Below are positions 53,701 to 64,000 of a DNA stretch of 64,000 bases, piece by piece. Made by a program: the position numbers and the translations under genes. The DNA lies in assembly GCF_964355755.1 (NCBI RefSeq), contig NC_092675.1, positions 12,581,812-12,645,811 on the forward strand. The letters run 5' to 3'. This DNA is from Antedon mediterranea. Its lineage: Eukaryota > Animalia > Echinodermata. The stretch's first letter is position 1. Each line of letters opens with the position of its first letter. The notes under the pieces are model-generated. The model worked only from the letters and a program-made list of their open reading frames with translations, had not been told where the DNA came from and made no database searches.

Positions 53701-56700
53701 TTAACATAAAAACACGAAAGTGCTTAGAATAGCTTCAAATCGCATTTGGAAACGTTTTAGACCATTTTGTGATTTTCGAAAAAACTTGTTAACATAAAAA
53801 CACGAAAGTGCTTAGAATCACATTATAAACCGTTTTAGACCATTTTGAGCATTTCGATAACAATTTTCACACAAAAACATCAAAGAGCTCAAAATAGCTT
53901 AATATCGTATTTAAAAATGTTTTAGACCATTTTGAGCATTTAGATAAAACTTTTTCACACAAAACACCAAAGTGCTTAGAATAGCTTCAAATCGCATTTG
54001 GAGACGTTTTAGACCATTTTGTGATTTTTGAAAAAACTTGTTAACATAAAAACACCAAAGTGCTTAGAATAGCTTCAAATCACATTTGGAGATGTTTTAG
54101 ACCATTTTGTGATTTTTGAAAAAACTTGTTAACATAAAAACACGAAAGTGCTTAGAATAGCTTCAAATCACATTTGGAGACGTTTTAGACCATTTTGTGA
54201 TTTTTGAAAAAACTTGTTAACATAAAAACACGAAAGTGCTTAGAATAGCTTCAAAACGCATTTGGAAACGTTTTAGACCATTTTGTGATTTTCGAAAAAA
54301 ATTGTTAACATAAAAACACCAAAGTGTTTAGAATAGCTTCAAATCGCATTTGGAGACGTTTTAGACCAATTTGTGATTTTCGAAAAAACTTATCAACATA
54401 AAAACACCAAAGGGTTTAGAATAGCTTCAAATCGCATTTGGAGACGTTTTAGACCAATTTGTGATTTTCGAAAAAACTTATCAACATAAAAACACCAAAG
54501 GGTTTAGAATAGCTTCAAATCGCATTTGGAGACGTTTTAGACCATTTTGTGATTTTGAAAAACTTGTTAACATAAAAACACCAAAGTGCTTAGAATAGCT
54601 TCAAATCGCATTTGGAGACGTTTTAGACCATTTTGTGATTTTCGAAAAAACTTGTTAACATAAAAACACCAAAGTGCTTAGAATAGCTTCAAATCGTATT
54701 TGGAGACGTTTTAGACCATTTTGAGATTTTCGAAAAAACTTGGTTACACAAAAACATCAAAGTGCTTAAAATCACATTATAAACCGTTTAGACCATTTTG
54801 AACATTTCGATAACACTTTTCACACAAAAACATCAAAGAGCACAAAATAGCTTAATATCGTATTTAAAAACGTTTTAGACCATTTTGAGCATTTCGACAA
54901 AACTTTTTCACACAAAACACCAAAGTGCTTAGAATAGCTTCAAATCGCATTTGGAGACGTTTTAGACCAATTTGTGCATTTCGATGAAACTTGATTACAC
55001 AAAAACATCAACGTGCTTAAAATCACATTATAAACCGTTTTAGACCATTTTGAGCATTTCGATAACACTTTTCACACAAAAACATCAAAGAGCACAAAAT
55101 AGCTTAATATCGTATTTAAAAACGTTTTAGACCATTTTGAGCATTTAGACAAAACTTTTTCACACAAAACACCAAAGTGCTTAGAATAGCTTCAAATCGC
55201 ATTTGGAGACGTTTTAGACCATTTTGTGCATTTCGATGAAACTTGGTTACAGAAAAACATCAAAGTGCTTAAAATCACATTATAAATCGTTTTAGACCAT
55301 TTTGAGCATTTCGACAAAACTTTTTCACACAAAATATCAAAGGGCTTAGAATAGCTTCAAATCGCATTTGGAGACGTTTTAGACCATTTTGTGATTTTCG
55401 AAAAAACTTTTTAACATAAAAACACCAAAGTGCTTAGAATAGCTTCAAATCACATTTGGAGACGTTTTAGACCATTTTGTGATTTTCGAAAAAACTTGTT
55501 AACATAAAAACACGAAAGTGCTTAGAATAGCTTCAAATCGCATTTGGAAACGTTTTAGACCATTTTGTGATTTTCGAAAAAAATTGTTAACATAAAAACA
55601 CCAAAGTGCTTAGAATCACATTATAAACCGTTTTAGACCATTTTGAGCATTTCGATAACAATTTTCACACAAAAACATCAAAGAGCACAAAATAGCTTAA
55701 TATCGTATTTAAAAATGTTTTAGACCATTTTGAGCATTTAGATAAAACTTTTTCACACAAAACACCAAAGTGCTTAGAATCACATCGCATTTGGAGACGT
55801 TTTAGACCATTTTGTGATTTTTGAAAAAACTTGTTAACATAAAAACACCAAAGTGCTTAGAATAGCTTCAAATCACATTTGGAGACGTTTTAGACCAATT
55901 TGTGATTTTCGAAAAAACTTATCAACATAAAAACACAAAAGGGTTTAGAATAGCTTCAAATCGCATTTGGAAACGTTTTAGACCATTTTGTGATTTTGAA
56001 AAAACTTGTTAACATAAAAACACCAAAGTGCTTAGAATAGCTTCAAATCGCATTTGGAGACGTTTTAGACCATTTTGTGATTTTCGAAAAAACTTGTTAA
56101 CATAAAAACACCAAAGTGCTTAGAATAGCTTCAAATCGTATTTGGAGACGTTTTAGACCATTTTGAGATTTTCGAAAAAACTTGGTTACACAAAAACATC
56201 AAAGTGCTTAAAATCACATTATAAACCGTTTTAGACCATTTTGAGCATTTCGATAACACTTTTCACACAAAAACATCAAAGAGCACAAAATAGCTTAATA
56301 TCGTATTTAAAAACGTTTTAGACCATTTTGAGCATTTCGACAAAACTTTTTCACACAAAACACCAAAGTGCTTAGAATAGCTTCAAATCGCATTTGGAGA
56401 CGTTTTAGACCAATTTGTGCATTTCGATGAAACTTGATTACACAAAAACATCAAAGTGCTTAAAATCACATCATAAACCGTTTTAGACCATTTTGAGCAT
56501 TTCGATAACACTTTTCACACAAAAACATCAAAGAGCACAAAATAGCTTAATATCGTATTTAAAAACGTTTTAGACCATTTTGAGCATTTCGACAAAACTT
56601 TTTCACACAAAACACCAAAGTGCTTAGAATAGCTTCAAATCGCATTTGGAGACGTTTTAGACCAATTTGTGCATTTCGATGAAACTTGATTACACAAAAA

Positions 56701-59700
56701 CATCAAAGTGCTTAAAATCACATTATAAACCGTTTTAGACCATTTAGAGCATTTCGATAACACTTTTCACACAAAAACATCAAAGAGCACAAAATAGCTT
56801 AATATCGTATTTAAAAACGTTTTAGACCATTTTGAGCATTTAGACAAAACTTTTTCACACAAAACACCAAAGTGCTTAGAATAGCTTCAAATCGCATTTG
56901 GAGACGTTTTAGACCATTTTGTGATTTTTGAAAAAACTTGTTAACATAAAAACACCAAAGTGCTTAGAATAGCTTCAAATCACATTTGGAGACGTTTTAG
57001 ACCATTTTGTGATTTTCGAAAAAACTTGTTAACATAAAAACACGAAAGTGCTTAGAATAGCTTCAAATCGCATTTGGAAACGTTTTAGACCATTTTGTGA
57101 TTTTCGAAAAAACTTGTTAACATAAAAACACGAAAGTGCTTAGAATCACATTATAAACCGTTTTAGACCATTTTGAGCATTTCGATAACAATTTTCACAC
57201 AAAAACATCAAAGAGCTCAAAATAGCTTAATATCGTATTTAAAAATGTTTTAGACCATTTTGAGCATTTAGATAAAACTTTTTCACACAAAACACCAAAG
57301 TGCTTAGAATAGCTTCAAATCGCATTTGGAGACGTTTTAGACCATTTTGTGATTTTTGAAAAAACTTGTTAACATAAAAACACCAAAGTGCTTAGAATAG
57401 CTTCAAATCACATTTGGAGACGTTTTAGACCATTTTGTGATTTTCGAAAAAACTTGTTAACATAAAAACACGAAAGTGCTTAGAATAGCTTCAAATCGCA
57501 TTTGGAAACGTTTTAGACCATTTTGTGATTTTCGAAAAAGATTGTTAACATAAAAACACCAAAGTGCTTAGAATCACAATATAAACCGTTTTAGACCATT
57601 TTGAGCATTTCGATAACAATTTTCACACAAAAACATCAAAGAGCACAAAATAGCCTAATATCGTATTTAAAAATGTTTTAGACCATTTTGAGCATTTAGA
57701 TAAAACTTTTTCACACAAAACACCAAAGTGCTTAGAATAGCTTCAAATCGCATTTGGAGACGGTTTAGACCATTTTGTGATTTTGAAAAAACTTGTTAAC
57801 ATAAAAACACCAAAGTGCTTAGAATAGCTTCAAATCGCATTTGGAGACGTTTTAGACCATTTTGTGATTTTCGAAAAAACTTGTTAACATAAAAACACCA
57901 AAGTGCTTAGAATAGCTTCAAATCGTATTTGGAGACGTTTTAGACCATTTTGAGATTTTCGAAAAAACTTGGTTACACAAAAACATCAAAGTGCTTATAA
58001 TCACATTATAAACCGTTTTAGACCATTTTGAACATTTCGATAACACTTTTCACACAAAAACATCAAAGAGCACAAAATAGCTTAATATCGTATTTAAAAA
58101 CGTTTTAGACCATTTTGAGCATTTCGACAAAACTTTTTCACACAAAACACCAAAGTGCTTAGAATAGCTTCAAATCGCATTTGGAGACGTTTTAGACCAA
58201 TTTGTGCATTTCGATGAAACTTGATTACACAAAAACATCAACGTGCTTAAAATCACATTATAAACCGTTTTAGACCATTTTGAGCATTTCGATAACACTT
58301 TTCACACAAAAACATCAAAGAGCACAAAATAGCTTAATATCGTATTTAAAAACGTTTTAGACCATTTTGAGCATTTAGACAAAACTTTTTCACACAAAAC
58401 ACCAAAGTGCTTAGAATAGCTTCAAATCGCATTTGGAGACGTTTTAGACCATTTTGTGCATTTCGATGAAACTTGGTTACACAAAAACATCAAAGTGCTT
58501 AAAATCACATTATAAATCGTTTTAGACCATTTTGAGCATTTCGACAAAACTTTTTCACACAAAATACCAAAGGGCTTAGAATAGCTTCAAATCGCATTTG
58601 GAGACGTTTTAGACCATTTTGTGATTTTCGAAAAAACTTTTTAACATAAAAACACCAAAGTGCTTAGAATAGCTTCAAATCACATTTGGAGACGTTTTAG
58701 ACCATTTTGTGATTTTCGAAAAAACTTGTTAACATAAAAACACGAAAGTGCTTAGAATAGCTTCAAATCGCATTTGGAAACGTTTTAGACCATTTTGTGA
58801 TTTTCGAAAAAAATTGTTAACATAAAAACACCAAAGTGCTTAGAATCACATTATAAACCGTTTTAGACCATTTTGAGCATTTCGATAACAATTTTCACAC
58901 AAAAACATCAAAGAGCACAAAATAGCTTAATATCGTATTTAAAAATGTTTTAGACCATTTTGAGCATTTAGATAAAACTTTTTCACACAAAACACCAAAG
59001 TGCTTAGAATAGCTTCAAATCGCATTTGGAGACGTTTTAGACCATTTTGTGATTTTTGAAAAAACTTGTTAACATAAAAACACCAAAGTGTTAGAATAGC
59101 TTCAAATCACATTTGGAGACGTTTCAGACCATTTTGTGATTTTCGAAAAAACTTGTTAACATAAAAACACGAAAGTGCTTAGAATAGCTTCAAATCGAAT
59201 TTGGAAACGTTTTTGACCATTTTGTGATTTTCGAAAAAACTTGTTAACATAAAAACACGAAAGTGCTTAGAATAGCTTCAAATCGCATTTGGAAACGTTT
59301 TAGACCATTTTGTGATTTTCGAAAAAAATTGTTAACATAAAAACACCAAAGTGTTTAGAATAGCTTCAAATCGCATTTGGAGACGTTTTAGACCAATTTG
59401 TGATTTTCGAAAAAACTTATCAACATAAAAACACCAAAGGGTTTAGAATAGCTTCAAATCGCATTTGGAGACGTTTTAGACCATTTTGTGATTTTGAAAA
59501 AACTTGTTAACATAAAAACACCAAAGTGCTTAGAATAGCTTCAAATCGCATTTGGAGACGTTTTAGACCATTTTGTGATTTTCGAAAAAACTTGTTAACA
59601 TAAAAACACCAAAGTGCTTAGAATAGCTTCAAATCGTATTTGGAGACGTTTTAGACCATTTTGAGATTTTCGAAAAAACTTGGTTACACAAAAACATCAA

Positions 59701-62700
59701 AGTGCTTAAAATCACATTATAAACCGTTTTAGACCATTTTGAGCATTTCGATAACACTTTTCACACAAAAACATCAAAGAGCACAAAATAGCTTAATATC
59801 GTATTTAAAAACGTTTTAGACCATTTTGAGCATTTCGACAAAACTTTTTCACACAAAACACCAAAGTGCTTAGAATAGCTTCAAATCGCATTTGGAGACG
59901 TTTTAGACCAATTTGTGCATTTCGATGAAACTTGATTACACAAAAACATCAAAGTGCTTAAAATCACATTATAAACCGTTTTAGACCATTTTGAGCATTT
60001 CGATAACACTTTTCACACAAAAACATCAAAGAGCACAAAATAGCTTAATATCGTATTTAAAAACGTTTTAGACCATTTTGAGCATTTAGACAAAACTTTT
60101 TCACACAAAACTCCAAAGTGCTTAGAATAGCTTCAAATCGCATTTGGAGACTATTTAGACCATTTTGTGATTTTCGAAAAAACTTGTTAACATAAAAACA
60201 CCAAAGTGCTTAGAATAGCGTCAAATCGTATTTGGAGACGTTTTAGACCATTTTGTGATTTTCGAAAAAACTTGTTAACATAAAAACACCAAAGTGCTTA
60301 GAATAGCTTCAAATCACATTTGGAGACGTTTTAGACCATTTTGTGATTTTCGAAAAAACTTGTTAACATAAAAACACGAAAGTGCTTACAATAGCTTCAA
60401 ATCGCATTTGGAAACGTTTTAGACCATTTTGTGATTTTCGAAAAAAATTGTTAACATAAAAACACCAAAGTGCTTAGAATCACATTATAAATCGTTTTAG
60501 ACCATTTTGAGCATTTCGACAAAACTTTTTCACACAAAATACCAAAGGGCTTAGAATAGCTTCAAATCGCATTTGGAGACGTTTTAGACCATTTTGTGAT
60601 TTTCGAAAAAACTTTTTAACATAAAAACACCAAAGTGCTTAGAATAGCTTCAAATCACATTTGGAGACGTTTTAGACCATTTTGTGATTTTCGAAAAAAC
60701 TTGTTAACATAAAAACACGAAAGTGCTTAGAATAGCTTCAAATCGCATTTGGAAACGTTTTAGACCATTTTGTGATTTTCGAAAAAAATTGTTAACATAA
60801 AAACACCAAAGTGCTTAGAATCACATTATAAACCGTTTTAGACCATTTTGAGCATTTCGATAACAATTTTCACACAAAAACATCAAAGAGCACAAAATAG
60901 CTTAATATCGTATTTAAAAATGTTTTAGACCATTTTGAGCATTTAGATAAAACTTTTTCACACAAAACACCAAAGTGCTTAGAATAGCTTCAAATCGCAT
61001 TTGGAGACGTTTTAGACCATTTTGTGATTTTTGAAAAAACTTGTTAACATAAAAACACCAAAGTGTTAGAATAGCTTCAAATCACATTTGGAGACGTTTC
61101 AGACCATTTTGTGATTTTCGAAAAAACTTGTTAACAAAAAAACACGAAAGTGCTTAGAATAGCTTCAAATCGAATTTGGAAACGTTTTAGACCATTTTGT
61201 GATTTTCGAAAAAACTTGTTAACATAAAAACACGAAAGTGCTTAGAATAGCTTCAAATCGCATTTGGAAACGTTTTAGACCATTTTGTGATTTTCGATAA
61301 AAATTGTTAACATAAAAACACCAAAGTGTTTAGAATAGCTTCAAATCGCATTTGGAGACGTTTTAGACCAATTTGTGATTTTCGAAAAAACTTATCAACA
61401 TAAAAACACCAAAGGGTTTAGAATAGCTTCAAATCGCATTTGGAGACGTTTTAGACCATTTTGTGATTTTGAAAAAACTTGTTAACATAAAAACACCAAA
61501 GTGCTTAGAATAGCTTCAAATCGCATTTGGAGACGTTTTAGACCATTTTGTGATTTTCGAAAAAACTTGTTAACATAAAAACACCAAAGTGCTTAGAATA
61601 GCTTCAAATCGTATTTGGAGACGTTTTAGACCATTTTGAGATTTTCGAAAAAACTTGGTTACACAAAAACATCAAAGTGCTTAAAATCACATTATAAACC
61701 GTTTTAGACCATTTTGAGCATTTCGATAACACTTTTCACACAAAAACATCAAAGAGCACAAAATAGCTTAATATCGTATTTAAAAACGTTTTAGACCATT
61801 TTGAGCATTTCGACAAAACTTTTTCACACAAAACACCAAAGTGCTTAGAATAGCTTCAAATCGCATTTGGAGACGTTTTAGACCAATTTGTGCTTTTCGA
61901 TGAAACTTGATTTGCTTAGAATAGCTTCAAATCACATTTGGAGACGTTTTAGACCATTTTGTGATTTTCGAAAAAACTTGTTAACATAAAAACACGAAAG
62001 TGCTTAGAATCACATTATAAACCGTTTTAGACCATTTTGAGCATTTCGATAACAATTTTCACACAAAAACATCAAAGAGCACAAAATAGCTTAATATCGT
62101 ATTTAAAAATGTTTTAGACCATTTTGAGCATTTAGAAAAAACTTTTTCACACAAAACACCAAAGTGCTTAGAATAGCTTCAAATCGTATTTGGAGACGTT
62201 TTAGACCATTTTGAGATTTTCGAAAAAACTTGGTTACACAAAAATATCAAAGTGCTTAAAATCACATTATAAACCGTTTTAGACCATTTTGAGCATTTCG
62301 ATAACACTTTTCACACAAAAACATCAAAGAGCACAAAATAGCTTAATATCGTATTTAAAAACGTTTTAGACCATTTTGAGCATTTCGACAAAACTTTTTC
62401 ACACAAAACACCAAAGTGCTTAGAATAGCTTCAAATCGCATTTGGAGACGTTTTAGACCAATTTGTGCATTTCGATGAAACTTGGTTACACAAAAACATC
62501 AAAGTGCTTAAAATCACATTATAAATCGTTTTAGACCATTTTGAGCATTTCGATAACACTTTTCACACAAAAACATCAAAGAGCACAAAATAGCTTAATA
62601 TCTTATTTAAAAACGTTTTAGACCATTTTGAGCATTTAGACAAAACTTTTTCACACAAAACACCAAAGTGCTTAGAATAGCTTCAAATCGCATTTGGAGA

Positions 62701-62839
62701 CGTTTTAGACCATTTTGTGATTTTCAAAAAAACTTGTTAACATAAAAACACCAAAGTGCTTAGAATAGCTTCAAATCGTATTTGGAGACGTTTTAGACCA
62801 TTTTGTGATTTTCGAAAAAACTTGTAAACATAAAAACAC

Positions 62840-64000
62840 CAAAGTGCTTAGAATAGCTTCAAATCGCATTTGGAGACATTTTAGACCAATTTGTGATTTT
62901 CGAAAAAAACTTGTCAACATAAAAACACCAAAGTGTTTAGAATAGCTTCAAATCGCATTTGGAGACGTTTTAGACCAATTTGTGATTTTCGAAAAAACTT
63001 ATCAACATAAAAACACCAAAGGGTTTAGAATAGCTTCAAATCGCATTTGGAGACGTTTTAGACCATTTTGTGATTTTTGAAAAAAACTTGTTAACATAAA
63101 AACACGAAAGTGCTTAGAATAGCTTCAAATCGCATTTGGAAACGTTTTAGACCATTTTGTGATTTTCGAAAAAACTTGTTAACATAAAAACACGAAAGTG
63201 CTTAGAATAGCTTCAAATCGCATTTGGAAACGTTTTAGACCATTTTGTGATTTTCGAAAAAAATTGTTAACATAAAAACACCAAAGTGCTTAGAATAGCT
63301 TCAAATCGCATTTGGAGACATTTTAGACCAATTTGTGATTTTCGAAAAAAACTTGTCAACATAAAAACACCAAAGTGTTTAGAATAGCTTCAAATCGCAT
63401 TTGGAGACGTTTTAGACCAATTTGTGATTTTCGAAAAAACTTATCAACATAAAAACACCAAAGGGTTTAGAATAGCTTCAAATCGCATTTGGAGACGTTT
63501 TAGACCATTTTGTGATTTTTGAAAAAAACTTGTTAACATAAAAACACGAAAGTGCTTAGAATAGCTTCAAATCGCATTTGGAAACGTTTTAGACCATTTT
63601 GTGATTTTCGAAAAAACTTGTTAACATAAAAACACGAAAGTGCTTAGAATAGCTTCAAATCGCATTTGGAAACGTTTTAGACCATTTTGTGATTTTCGAA
63701 AAAAATTGTTAACATAAAAACACCAAAGTGCTTAGAATAGCTTCAAATCGCATTTGGAGACATTTTAGACCAATTTGTGATTTTCGAAAAAAACTTGTCA
63801 ACATAAAAACACCAAAGTGTTTAGAATAGCTTCAAATCGCATTTGGAGACGTTTTAGACCAATTTGTGATTTTCGAAAAAACTTATCAACATAAAAACAC
63901 CAAAGGGTTTAGAATAGCTTCAAATCGCATTTGGAGACGTTTTAGACCATTTTGTGATTTTTGAAAAAAACTTGTTAACATAAAAACACGAAAGTGCTTA
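62840..64000. repeat. 442-bp pentamer higher-order repeat
   Basis: The TTGTCAAC variant occurs at 62911, 63353 and 63795 (period 442). Confidence 0.88.

Larger units (their letters stand above)
34659..64000. repeat. Satellite array, block 3
   Basis: Resumes in exact monomer phase (TTTGTG|ATTTTTGAAAAAAC) and continues to the window end in the same orientation. Confidence 0.98.

Noticed and set aside
1-64000. CRISPR-like repeat/spacer appearance of the array
   Set aside because: The variable parts are homologous monomer variants, not unique spacers. There are no cas genes and the context is eukaryotic.

Overview
Eukaryotic, AT-rich tandem-satellite DNA, probably animal and (peri)centromeric. 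About 52 kb of the 64 kb is a head-to-tail array of related 88/77/87-bp monomers. I saw no change of orientation. The array has a 252-bp trimer, a 442-bp pentamer and kb-scale block duplications. Two islands interrupt it. (1) 4501-9563 is a scrambled Mag-like Ty3/Gypsy element: LTR, PBS(Leu), truncated gag, 32-bp repeat, PPT and partial LTR on +, then an inverted PR-RT-RNaseH pol on -. That pol is split by a 2.1-kb CAC...GTG non-autonomous DNA transposon with an AGCT target duplication (Chapaev-like). (2) 28210-34658 is an apparently intact Ngaro-type tyrosine-recombinase retrotransposon on - (A1, SGNH hydrolase, gag, RT/RH, YR, B1, A2, B2). The main result is that its internal B/A circle junction and both genomic junctions share a 6-bp core, TTTGTG, that is part of the satellite monomer. 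This suggests a satellite-targeting YR retroelement. It also has a 5'-placed hydrolase, phase-matched splice sites that would supply the ATG-less recombinase with the gag N-terminus, and three copies of a conserved hairpin. All coordinates and counts were read by eye; no searches were run.
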